Source of the DNA: Nanobdellota archaeon
GTDB lineage: Archaea; Nanobdellota; Nanobdellia; Woesearchaeales; JAHWHD01
Direction: 5' to 3'
Assembly (NCBI GenBank): GCA_034722435.1
Contig: JAYENX010000008.1
Span: 1-43,502, forward strand
Length of the DNA stretch: 43,502 bases
Both the position numbers and the translations under genes were made by a program. A model generated the notes under the pieces. It worked only from the letters and a program-made list of their open reading frames with translations, was not told the DNA's origin and did not search any database. This document shows, piece after piece, positions 19,941 through 28,721 of the stretch (its first letter is position 1; each line of letters begins with the position of its first letter).

Positions 19941-19972
19941 GAGTCACATATGGGTCATATATAAACCTTTCC
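19941..19972 (-). promoter_or_regulatory. BRE/TATA promoter of the RHH operon, with a candidate RHH operator
   Basis: Minus strand reads GGAAAGG-TTTATATA-TGACCCATATGTGACTC: two TGAC half-sites 11 bp apart around a CATATG palindrome, immediately downstream of the TATA. Confidence 0.55.
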
Positions 19973-20060
19973 AAATCAATTATAAACAATTACCCACCTG
20001 TTTAAAAACAAAAATATATAGAAAGATATAAATAATCCTTGAAATAAATAATAAAGTAAT

Positions 20061-21587
20061 ATGAAATTAAATATTGAAGAGATCGCAACGTTTTGCAAAG
20101 CTAAAGGTTTTGTATATCCAAGTTCAGATATATATGGTGGCATTTCAGGTTTCTGGGATTTTGGACCATTAGGCGTTGAACTTTTCAATAACATAAAATC
20201 ACATTGGTGGAAACAATTCGTCACATCAAAAGAAAATATGGTCGGTATTGATGCAAGCATCATATCACATTCTAAAATATGGAAAGCTTCCGGTCACCTT
20301 GAAAACTTTGGCGATTTAGTACTAACTTGCTCAAAATGTAAAGAACGCCAACGAGCCGATCATTTTATTGAAGCAGCAACAGGAAAAAATGTTGAAGGAT
20401 TCTCAGTAGAACAAATTAATGAAATTATTAAAGAAGGTAATCTTAAATGCCCTAAATGTAAAGGTGAATTTGACGAACTTAAAGACTTCAATCTACTTTT
20501 TCAAACATCAATAGGTGCAGATGAAAACAAAAAATCCACAGCATATCTCAGAGGAGAAACCGCTCAAGGAATGTTTACAAATTTTAAACTTATAACTGAA
20601 ACTACAAGACAAAAATTACCATTTGGAATCGCACAGATAGGAAAATGTTTCAGAAACGAAATCTCGCCAAGAGATTTCATGTTCAGAAGCAGAGAATTCT
20701 CAATCGCAGAATTCGAATTTTTTATACACCCTGAAGAAAAGAAATGCAACCTTCTTACAAAAAAACATCTCGATCTTAAAGTTATGCTCCTAGATAATGA
20801 AACTCAAGAACAAGGTAAAAAAGATCTTAAAGAAGTTACAATCGATGAAATGATAAAAAATAAACATCTTGGAGAATGGCACGGTTATTGGTTAGCTGAA
20901 CAAATGATGTGGTTCTATTCATTAGGTCTAAAAAAAGAACATCTAAAAATAAGAGAACATACAAAAACGGAATTATCACACTACTCGTCAGCAACATTTG
21001 ACATAGACTACGAGTTTCCATTCGGTTCAAAAGAAATTGCTGGAAACGCTAACAGAGGTCAATACGACCTTAAACAGCATATTAAAGAAAGTAAACAAAA
21101 ACTTGAAGTGTATGATGAAGCTACAAAGACCAAAATAGTTCCTAGAGTTATTGAACCAACTTTTGGTGCAGAAAGAGCTTTTCTTGCAGTACTTGTAAAT
21201 GCATACGAAAATGATAAAGAAAGAGGAAATATAGTACTTAAAATAATACCTAACCTTGCACCCATCAAACTTGGAATTTTTCCTTTAGTTAACAAACTAA
21301 AAAAAGAAACAAAAGAACTCTTTGATAATCTTAAAATGATTTTCCCTAGCCAATTCGACACATCCGGCTCAATTGGAAGAAGATACGCTAGAGCTGATGA
21401 AATAGGCATCCCATATTGTATAACCTATGATTTTGATTCTAAAGATGATAAGAGCATAACATTAAGAGACAGGGATTCAACTAAACAAATTAGAATCAAG
21501 ATAAAAGACATAAAAAATACCATTTACCAATTAATAATGGGCGACATTAAATTTGAAAAAGCAGGGGAAGATATTGAAAACAATTAA
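20061..21587 (+). CDS. glyS: Glycine-tRNA ligase (alpha2, archaeal/eukaryal type)
   Basis: IYGG..GFWDFGPLG, WKASGH, FNLLF, YLRGETAQGMF, GKCFRNEISPR..FRSREF, VIEPTFG and GSIGRRY.R.DEIG. Confidence 0.97.
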   Translation: MKLNIEEIATFCKAKGFVYPSSDIYGGISGFWDFGPLGVELFNNIKSHWWKQFVTSKENMVGIDASIISHSKIWKASGHLENFGDLVLTCSKCKERQRADHFIEAATGKNVEGFSVEQINEIIKEGNLKCPKCKGEFDELKDFNLLFQTSIGADENKKSTAYLRGETAQGMFTNFKLITETTRQKLPFGIAQIGKCFRNEISPRDFMFRSREFSIAEFEFFIHPEEKKCNLLTKKHLDLKVMLLDNETQEQGKKDLKEVTIDEMIKNKHLGEWHGYWLAEQMMWFYSLGLKKEHLKIREHTKTELSHYSSATFDIDYEFPFGSKEIAGNANRGQYDLKQHIKESKQKLEVYDEATKTKIVPRVIEPTFGAERAFLAVLVNAYENDKERGNIVLKIIPNLAPIKLGIFPLVNKLKKETKELFDNLKMIFPSQFDTSGSIGRRYARADEIGIPYCITYDFDSKDDKSITLRDRDSTKQIRIKIKDIKNTIYQLIMGDIKFEKAGEDIENN

Positions 21588-21676
21588 ATAATTCTTAATA
21601 TTATAATACAATCTAAAAACCAAAACTATAAATACTACTATTAGGTTATAAGTCAAAACAAATGTGAGGGATAATT

Positions 21677-22063
21677 ATGGCAATAACAGATTTACAACCA
21701 AGACAAGGCAAAGTTGACATCATAGTAGAAGTAGTCAGTATGGAAGATGTAAGAGAATTTAACAAATTCGGCAAATCAGGAAGAGTATGCAACGCAAATG
21801 TCAAAGATGAGACAGGATCCATTAAACTAACTTTATGGAATGAAGACATTGACAAGGTAAAACCTGGCATGAAAATACATATTGAAAACGGATATGTAAA
21901 CGAATGGCAAGGAGAAAAACAACTTACCACTGGAAAATTCGGCAAACTAGAAATTGTTGAAGAAGGTTCAGCACCTGTTGCAGAACCGCAATCTGAAACA
22001 CCAGCAACCGAACCAAAACCAGCTACACAAGAAGATGTTACTATTGAAGAAGACGTCATCTAA
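21677..22063 (+). CDS. ssb: Single-stranded DNA-binding protein (single OB fold plus acidic tail)
   Basis: KDETGSIKLTLWNE, IENGYVNEWQGEKQL; flexible acidic C-terminus. Confidence 0.85.
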   Translation: MAITDLQPRQGKVDIIVEVVSMEDVREFNKFGKSGRVCNANVKDETGSIKLTLWNEDIDKVKPGMKIHIENGYVNEWQGEKQLTTGKFGKLEIVEEGSAPVAEPQSETPATEPKPATQEDVTIEEDVI

Positions 22064-22074
22064 ACCGAAAATAA

Positions 22075-22082
22075 TTTAAATA
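22075..22082 (+). promoter_or_regulatory. TATA box of tRNA-Phe, preceded by a BRE-like CGAAAA
   Basis: TTTAAATA ends 25 nt before G1 of the tRNA. Confidence 0.6.
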
Positions 22083-22107
22083 ATATTTTTAATTTTTTTC
22101 ATTACAA

Positions 22108-22258
22108 GGGAACGTAGCTCAGCCTGTGAAGGAAAGGGATTTTAACCCGCCTTCGGCTTAGGAGAGCACTACGCTGAAGTGTTTTGTGGAGTAAACATCC
22201 AAAAAACTCCACTTACTAGGAAACGTAGGTGTCCGGGGTTCAAATCCCCGCGTTCCCA
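22108..22258 (+). tRNA. tRNA-Phe(GAA) with two introns: a D-loop intron at 22127-22160 and a canonical 37/38 intron at 22180-22222
   Basis: Spliced product: GGGAACG UA GCUC AGCCUG^GGA GAGC A CUACG CUGAAG^A CGUAG GUGUC CGGGG UUCAAAU CCCCG CGUUCCC A, with all stems pairing. Intron 1 forms a perfect bulge-helix-bulge (AGCC/GGCU central helix, 3-nt bulges UGU and UAG). CCA is not encoded. Confidence 0.93.
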
Positions 22259-22272
22259 TTTTTTATTCTAAT

Positions 22273-22351
22273 TGTGCTATTCGTACAAAGTAAGAATAGT
22301 ACGCAGGTTAATAAGGATGCAAAATCCTTATGTGGTAATCATCCCGTCCCA
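22273..22351 (+). ncRNA. Candidate structured RNA element (two hairpins), identity unknown
   Basis: GTGCTATTC/GAATAGTAC stem with an inner TAC/GTA stem; ATAAGGAT-GCAAA-ATCCTTAT stem enclosed by GGTTA/TAATC. The G-U wobbles favour the + strand. Confidence 0.3.
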
Positions 22352-22370
22352 TACTAAAAGAAAAATAATT

Positions 22371-24575
22371 TTAACCTCCAAAACTTCCCATTATACTTGA
22401 TGCAAGAATGTTAAACATTATCATAACCAAAAAAGCAATCATACAGTAAAGACCAGTACTTCTTAACAAATTCTTACCAAGTTGATAACGTTCATTCAAT
22501 TTATCCGAACCATTCTCAATACCATTTGCCAGCCTTGTAAGAATATAAATTATCTGAACAACATATATACCTACAATTATTTGAAAATGAAAAGTTGGAA
22601 CCCCATCACCTGCAAAAAAAATGTCCATATTAGGAGCTGCAAAACCAGCCCCTGCACCACCACCAACATTATCACCTATTTTACCTAACTCGCCAGTTAA
22701 TTTACCCAATATACTAGTAACCATAGAAGTAATACCTATTACAACCCCAGCAATGGCAGGTGCAAGAAAAGAAATTTGCGATTTCATGGATGAAATAACA
22801 TCAGCCATAAGATCTTTCAACCGTTCATCAACCTGATGTATCTCTTTCACATAATTAGAAATATTCATTAAAGCTTGTGCAGCAATCTTAGGCCCTTTTC
22901 TAGCACTCTCAACTAAAACTTTCATGGATGATTCAATCAAAGATGAAGGGAAAAAAGTTAAAGCTCCTTTTCCAGGATCAAATATTGCCTGTTCAACACT
23001 CATCCCCAACCTTTTAACATTCTGAGAAACAAGTTCCATAAACTTTCCAGAAGTAGTACCCTGCATAACATCTGCAATTTTACCAAATGCGATCTCCGCA
23101 GGCAACCCATCACCTAACCGATTAGCAAGTTGAAAAAGTGCAGCTGCAAACTCCCTTTCCAACTTCTTTGTAACTTCTCGAATTTTAATAATATTTTTAG
23201 ACCTTAATTTATAATACAGACCAGCACCGAAACCAAGACCCATCACTACAAACAAACTTATTAATGCGGCACCCACACCAAAAGGCCCAACCATTTTCGC
23301 TTCATCAACTTTACTTACTCTATAATCTAAAAAAGATAAAGCACCAGGTTGCTCAGCTAACAACTGATCACGCGAATAACTAGACGCAACAATAAGTGGA
23401 CTCATACCAATTAAAACAAAAAGTATACCAATTATAATTGCAGGATACAAAGGATTAATACTTATCTCCATTCCCGCTATACGCACAATAGCATTCTTAT
23501 GTTTCTTAACACCCGAAACAACTTCAGAAATATCAGTTTCGCCATAACCGGTAGGTCTTTTCGCCAAAACATTAGTTCCTAAATAAAATACTCCAATTGG
23601 TAGAACTATATTATATAATGCAGCAAGCCAATACCATTTAACCTCAGGCATAAAACTAACTACTAAAGGAAGTATAACTAAACCTAATATAGGAAGTATG
23701 ACACCCATCATATGAAGCATGGTAATGGGCGATTTAAGATTATGAGCATAATGAAGCATTTTCTCATACGTTTCTGTTAACATTACTGATAACCCTTTAT
23801 CGAGCATTGTAACCCTTCTCGATTCCTCGTTTTCATATAAAGAAGATTCAATCAAATGAAACGCTTCAATAAATTCAAGATTAAATTCTCTCCAAGTTTC
23901 AAGGTACGAATCAATAGATTCAGTTATAGATTCAAACTTTTCAGTCTCAACATCCCAAAGAATTTTTTTAAAGTCTAAAGAAAGAGGAGGCGCAGTATGA
24001 TCAGATGCAAACTTAATAGCTAACTCAAGATTCGAAGTATGTCTCATATATGTAACAATATAAAAAACAGCCTGCACCATCTGATTACTCGCTTTCAATC
24101 TCCACACAGTAGCCAAAAATTTAGGCAAATTTTGCAAAGGAATTATAAGAACAGCACCCATCATTACAAAAAATATAACAAAAAAGAAAGTTCCTTCACC
24201 AAACATTAACGGAATTATATATCCAAAAATTGAACCCAATACAATAAACATTAAAGGTAAAAATAGTGCAAAACTTGTCGCACCTGTAGGAGTAATATTA
24301 AGATGTGAAGTATCAATATATTTTTGTAACACAACTGCTTTTTTATCATCAGGCTTTAAAGGAAAAACCTTTTCTGCAAAATTGCAAGCCCGTTCATAAA
24401 AAGTCATATGAGTAGGAAGATAATCTTGTTTAAACTGTTTATACTCTCTAGAATAAACAGGTTTAACTCCAGAAGTTGACTGCGAAATTGTTGTAGGAAT
24501 ATTAAATTTAGTCTTAATCTCATCTCGATACTTCTGACTAATTTTCTGTATTTCCTCTCTTGGAATCTCGCGCAT
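22371..24575 (-). CDS. Type II secretion system F / TadB-TadC (ArlJ-like) membrane platform protein with a duplicated domain
   Basis: Two GspF-like halves (YMRHTSNLELAI...PPLS.DF; LFQLANRLGDGLPAE.A) with multiple TMs; directly downstream of the ATPase. Confidence 0.82.
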   Translation of the reverse strand: MREIPREEIQKISQKYRDEIKTKFNIPTTISQSTSGVKPVYSREYKQFKQDYLPTHMTFYERACNFAEKVFPLKPDDKKAVVLQKYIDTSHLNITPTGATSFALFLPLMFIVLGSIFGYIIPLMFGEGTFFFVIFFVMMGAVLIIPLQNLPKFLATVWRLKASNQMVQAVFYIVTYMRHTSNLELAIKFASDHTAPPLSLDFKKILWDVETEKFESITESIDSYLETWREFNLEFIEAFHLIESSLYENEESRRVTMLDKGLSVMLTETYEKMLHYAHNLKSPITMLHMMGVILPILGLVILPLVVSFMPEVKWYWLAALYNIVLPIGVFYLGTNVLAKRPTGYGETDISEVVSGVKKHKNAIVRIAGMEISINPLYPAIIIGILFVLIGMSPLIVASSYSRDQLLAEQPGALSFLDYRVSKVDEAKMVGPFGVGAALISLFVVMGLGFGAGLYYKLRSKNIIKIREVTKKLEREFAAALFQLANRLGDGLPAEIAFGKIADVMQGTTSGKFMELVSQNVKRLGMSVEQAIFDPGKGALTFFPSSLIESSMKVLVESARKGPKIAAQALMNISNYVKEIHQVDERLKDLMADVISSMKSQISFLAPAIAGVVIGITSMVTSILGKLTGELGKIGDNVGGGAGAGFAAPNMDIFFAGDGVPTFHFQIIVGIYVVQIIYILTRLANGIENGSDKLNERYQLGKNLLRSTGLYCMIAFLVMIMFNILASSIMGSFGG

Positions 24576-24576
24576 A

Positions 24577-26874
24577 TTAACCTCTTTTTCTTTTCTTTAA
24601 CTCTCTTTTGAGCCATTCATGCCAATCAAAAAATATTTTATCAGAGTCAAGTTCACCATGCTCTTCTTGACATATTTCTGTAGATCTGTGAAAAACATCA
24701 TTAGAAAGCACAACAAAATCAGCTTCTAATAATGTATCATCATCAGTCTGTATTGCATAATCCACAAGCGTCTTTTTAACTTTTGCTCTTAATTGAATAT
24801 TATCCCATAAAGCATCCCAATTTCCTGCAAGACCTTTAATATTACCGGCTATAGCTTTCAAAACATCTGAATCGCCATTAATAAGATCCGCAGTAGGAAC
24901 AAGTTGATCAGTTGTAACATCATATTTCATTAAATCAACAAAACCTTGCTCTAGCAAAGGATCCTTTTCCCAATGCTTACGGACTTCGCTAATAGTCAAA
25001 ACTCTCCTTATTCTCTGCATACCTGCCGCACTTCTTATAGGATTAGCAACAACTATGATATCTGTAGCCTTAAACGAAGTTCTAGGAACGCCGATGTCAT
25101 TTACAACTCTATCAAAAACACCATAAGGAGATTCTGCGTGGATTGTACCCGCAACTACATTAGCGGCAGCTCCAACCCTCATAGCCTCATATAAAGCAAT
25201 AGCTTCATCACTTCTTACTTCACCAACAATTAAAGCACTATCACCCAGTCTTAAAGTTGATCTTATACCATCAGTAGCAGTCACTTCACCACCACCTTTA
25301 GAAAGTGCACTCGCAACTTTCAACTGTTGAATATTATAACCCATTTTACGCAAAGAAACTACTGGCAATTCCAAAGTATCTTCAATAGTTATAATCCTAT
25401 AACGCCGCATTATCTCAACTAATAATGAACCAAGCAAAGAAGTTTTACCTGAACTTCTTGTACCTGCAACCAACAAAGTTCTGGTTCCATCTATAATAAA
25501 ACTTAACAGTCCTGCAGCTAAAGGATTTATCATTTTATATTTACAAAAAAGAGCTAAAGTCCAAGGTTTATCCCTATGCCTTCTAAACGAAAAAGCCAAA
25601 CCAGTAGGATCTAAAGGACCCGTAATTGCAGCCACCCTTGCAGAAGCACCAGGAAGTTTAATTTCAGTGTCAAGCATAGGATTCGCTTCATCCAAAGGCC
25701 TACCAGATATCATCCGCAATTTTGAAGCCCATGACTCTGCCTCTGTTGTTGTAGGAACAATATTAGTATAACAATCACCAAAAGTTTGATGTACAACAAA
25801 CATACTTACTTGTCCCATAGGACTATTAATACTAACATCCTGTATTCGTTCATCAGATAAAAGAACCTCAATTAAACCAAAACCTACTGTATATCTCACC
25901 AAAATCCTGGCAAGTTCATCCATCTCTTTAGATCGAAAAGTGTAACCACGATAATTACTAAGTTCTTCAATAAGATCTCGACCAACACTATAAAATACTT
26001 CTCTCATTCTATCAGGGTCAACAAACTCTTGCTTACGAGGTTTATGTTCAGCCATAATCTTTCTTGCAAGATCAACAATCTCATATTTTTCTTCTGAAAG
26101 CGTAAACTCTGGAGGCATCATATGATATAAATATTGTACAGAATTACTAAACCCAAATATAGTTACCTCGGTTTCACCAACAGTATAACTATCAATCTCT
26201 TCTCCATCCACAGGATAAGCAGCCATAAGTTTAGTAAACATAAAATCTGGTTTGATTATCGGTGTAAAGATTCTTCTATAAACTTCCCTATCCCCTACTT
26301 TAAATCCTGACAAATAAGGTTTTGCAATTGTTATTAATTTAGTCTTATGAAGTTCTTGCAAAGCATAATTCAATGTAGCAAGAATTCTTTGTTCATAAGG
26401 TAGTAACCGTTTATCAACAACATGTTCCAACCTTGTCCGCTGTCTTCGTTCTAATCTATGAAGTTCAACATAAGCAGCTAAAGGATCTGCTTTCAAAACA
26501 TTAAATAAAAGTCTCTGTATCTCCGCAAATGTAGCATTATAATAACTTGAAACAACTGCGTCACCCATAAGGGCATGATAACCAAACTTGTCCTTCTGTT
26601 TTGTGAAAACATTATAAGCTTTAGAAAGTTCATGAAGTAATTGAGTTTGATAATAATCATATTCATAATCACGCTTTTGCTTAAGAACTATTTTTGTAAC
26701 TATACCTGTTTCTGCAAGCGCCTCAATTACTTTCGCCATACAAATAGGAACATCTTCAACTGAAGGTGCATATGAACACGCCTCCATATCAAACTTAAGA
26801 ATAGTATCTTCTCCCTCTTTTACAACTTCATATGAAGCACACGGCTTATCAGCCAACAATATCACCCCTACCAC
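24577..26874 (-). CDS. Type II/IV secretion ATPase (TadA/VirB11/ArlI family) with a long N-terminal extension
   Basis: GFGLIEVLLSDERIQDVSIN, SGRPLDEANP.LD, Walker A GTRSSGKT, TIEDTLEL, LRLGDSALIVGEVRS and GTIHA. Confidence 0.92.
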   Translation of the reverse strand: MVGVILLADKPCASYEVVKEGEDTILKFDMEACSYAPSVEDVPICMAKVIEALAETGIVTKIVLKQKRDYEYDYYQTQLLHELSKAYNVFTKQKDKFGYHALMGDAVVSSYYNATFAEIQRLLFNVLKADPLAAYVELHRLERRQRTRLEHVVDKRLLPYEQRILATLNYALQELHKTKLITIAKPYLSGFKVGDREVYRRIFTPIIKPDFMFTKLMAAYPVDGEEIDSYTVGETEVTIFGFSNSVQYLYHMMPPEFTLSEEKYEIVDLARKIMAEHKPRKQEFVDPDRMREVFYSVGRDLIEELSNYRGYTFRSKEMDELARILVRYTVGFGLIEVLLSDERIQDVSINSPMGQVSMFVVHQTFGDCYTNIVPTTTEAESWASKLRMISGRPLDEANPMLDTEIKLPGASARVAAITGPLDPTGLAFSFRRHRDKPWTLALFCKYKMINPLAAGLLSFIIDGTRTLLVAGTRSSGKTSLLGSLLVEIMRRYRIITIEDTLELPVVSLRKMGYNIQQLKVASALSKGGGEVTATDGIRSTLRLGDSALIVGEVRSDEAIALYEAMRVGAAANVVAGTIHAESPYGVFDRVVNDIGVPRTSFKATDIIVVANPIRSAAGMQRIRRVLTISEVRKHWEKDPLLEQGFVDLMKYDVTTDQLVPTADLINGDSDVLKAIAGNIKGLAGNWDALWDNIQLRAKVKKTLVDYAIQTDDDTLLEADFVVLSNDVFHRSTEICQEEHGELDSDKIFFDWHEWLKRELKKRKRG

Positions 26875-26974
26875 TCAAAAATACTCACACAAACTTATTA
26901 TAAATCTGCCTATTAATAAGTTATAACAACTTATATATATAAATGTTATTATAATAAAGAATTAAGAGATAAAA

Positions 26975-27436
26975 ATGGCACTTTTTGAAACTAAACCAAA
27001 AACCAATACACCTAAACCTGGTGGCCTATTTGCTCCAAAACCAAAGCCAGAATCTTCAGAAGCAATCTCTTATCTTTCTAACCAAATAAATAACATGGGA
27101 AGAAGATTAAGAATAATGGAAGAACGTTTTTCTAATATCCGTAACAAAATGGAAGTTGATGAAAGAAATATGCTTATGTTTCACAAAAAAGTTAATACAG
27201 AGTTCAAAACTTTTAATTCAGAGATTACAGATATCAAAAGCGAATTAAAAGACATACGACAACAAATGTCAATGATGATAAAAGAAATTCAACTATCAGC
27301 AAAAAAAGAAGATGTAAAAGTTCTCGAAAAATATATAGATATCTGGCAACCACTTAATTTCGCTACAAGAAAAGAAGTTGAAAAGATTGTTAGAGAACTT
27401 CTCGAGGAGGAAAACAAAAAATTTATAAACGTATAA
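26975..27436 (+). CDS. Hypothetical coiled-coil protein
   Basis: Pro/Lys-rich N-terminus, long heptad region and a KKEDVKVLEKYIDIW motif; divergent from the ATPase. Confidence 0.75.
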   Translation: MALFETKPKTNTPKPGGLFAPKPKPESSEAISYLSNQINNMGRRLRIMEERFSNIRNKMEVDERNMLMFHKKVNTEFKTFNSEITDIKSELKDIRQQMSMMIKEIQLSAKKEDVKVLEKYIDIWQPLNFATRKEVEKIVRELLEEENKKFINV

Positions 27437-27461
27437 ACAAATAATTACTAAGTGATAAAAA

Positions 27462-28097
27462 ATGGCACTATTCAGTCCTAAAAAACCAATAAAACCATCC
27501 GTTACTACACCTATAGATGCAGTAATGCAAATGAAACAGCAAGGTTTTTCAAATTCTCAAATAGTTCAAACATTACAAAGAGAAGGTTTCAAATCGCATC
27601 AAATTTTTGATGCACTTAATCAAGTTGAGACAAGCGCAGCAGGACCTGTACAAGGCGCTGTTCCACCTCCCCCACAACCAGAAATGACTGGCGCACCCAT
27701 TCCACCTCAACCCGCAATACAACAAGAATACGGATATCAACAAGAATATCCTGCACCCGAATCTATGGGTCGAGAAAAGATAGAGGAAATTGCAGAATCA
27801 ATTATCGAAGAAAAATGGACTGAATTCATGAAAAGCGTTAACAAAATTCTAGAATGGAAAGAAAGTATTGAAAATAAATTCATAAAAATTGAACACGAAA
27901 TTAAAACTCTTAAAACAGATTATGATAAACTTCATAAAGGCGTTCTTGGCAGGATAAGTGAATATGATAAAAGTATAACAGATGTGGGTGTAGAAGTTAA
28001 AGCCCTAGGCAAAACTTTTGAAAAAATTCTCCCTACTTTAACAGAAAATGTATCTGAACTTTCGCGAATAACTTCCAGAGTTAAGAAAAAGAAATAA
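27462..28097 (+). CDS. Hypothetical protein: small helical N-domain, Pro/Gln linker and C-terminal coiled coil
   Basis: QQGFSNSQIVQTLQREGF, a PPPPQP linker and an EEIAESIIEEKW heptad region. Confidence 0.75.
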   Translation: MALFSPKKPIKPSVTTPIDAVMQMKQQGFSNSQIVQTLQREGFKSHQIFDALNQVETSAAGPVQGAVPPPPQPEMTGAPIPPQPAIQQEYGYQQEYPAPESMGREKIEEIAESIIEEKWTEFMKSVNKILEWKESIENKFIKIEHEIKTLKTDYDKLHKGVLGRISEYDKSITDVGVEVKALGKTFEKILPTLTENVSELSRITSRVKKKK

Positions 28098-28674
28098 TTT
28101 CATTCAATTCTTCTCTAAATTGTCCCAGGTTCTCAAAAAATATAGACTTAAGTCCCATACTTAGGATTTCTTTTACATGTTCTTTTCTATCATCACAAAT
28201 TATTACTTCATCAGAATTAAAGCCTATTAACTTCAAAACATTTTCATAAAATAATTTTTCAGGTTTTCTATAACCTAACTTGTAAGAAACCACTACATGA
28301 TCAAATAATTCATTCAACTTAAATTTTTCATTTAAGTACTCAAAACGATATTTTTCATTATTTGTTGCTAAAACACTAACCACGCCTGCAACCTTCAATT
28401 CTTTGATGAAAACAACCATCTCATTATCAAGAGCACCATCGTTAAACCAATAATTAAGTAAAGAATTAACATCATCAAATCCCCAATCAGAAACAAAAGG
28501 CTCAACCTCATCTTTAAGATCCTTTAAACCCTTTTGACAATCAGCTAAAGAATTTTTAAAAAAAGGTATAATTTTCTCCATCTCAATACCAAATTCTCGG
28601 TGCAGTCTATTACTAAATAAATCTGAAGAATGAAAAACCATACCATCAAAATCAAAAACTATTGCTTTTATCAT
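28081..28674 (-). CDS. HAD-superfamily hydrolase (phosphatase)
   Basis: AIVFDFDG (motif I), LATNN (II), KP (III) and CDD (IV). ATG 28674 is preferred over the GTG at 28683. Confidence 0.92.
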   Translation of the reverse strand: MIKAIVFDFDGMVFHSSDLFSNRLHREFGIEMEKIIPFFKNSLADCQKGLKDLKDEVEPFVSDWGFDDVNSLLNYWFNDGALDNEMVVFIKELKVAGVVSVLATNNEKYRFEYLNEKFKLNELFDHVVVSYKLGYRKPEKLFYENVLKLIGFNSDEVIICDDRKEHVKEILSMGLKSIFFENLGQFREELNEIISFS

Positions 28675-28721
28675 TAAAAACACTAAAAAAACAAGTTATA
28701 AAAAGGTTTCTAAGAAATTAA

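Noticed and set aside
22273-22351. C/D box sRNA or known riboswitch (given nop5/fibrillarin in the window)
   Set aside because: There is only a one-mismatch C-like box on the minus strand and no CUGA D box; fluoride and c-di-GMP consensus elements are not in the correct order.
22336-22356. 5S rRNA fragment (CATCCCGTCCCAT resembles the 5S CACCCG.TCCCAT motif)
   Set aside because: The following CCGAAC and the rest of the 5S structure are absent.
22371-26874. Archaellum (arl/fla) operon
   Set aside because: No archaellin, ArlH, ArlF/G or ArlCDE genes are recognisable; only a generic TadA/TadC-type pair is supported.
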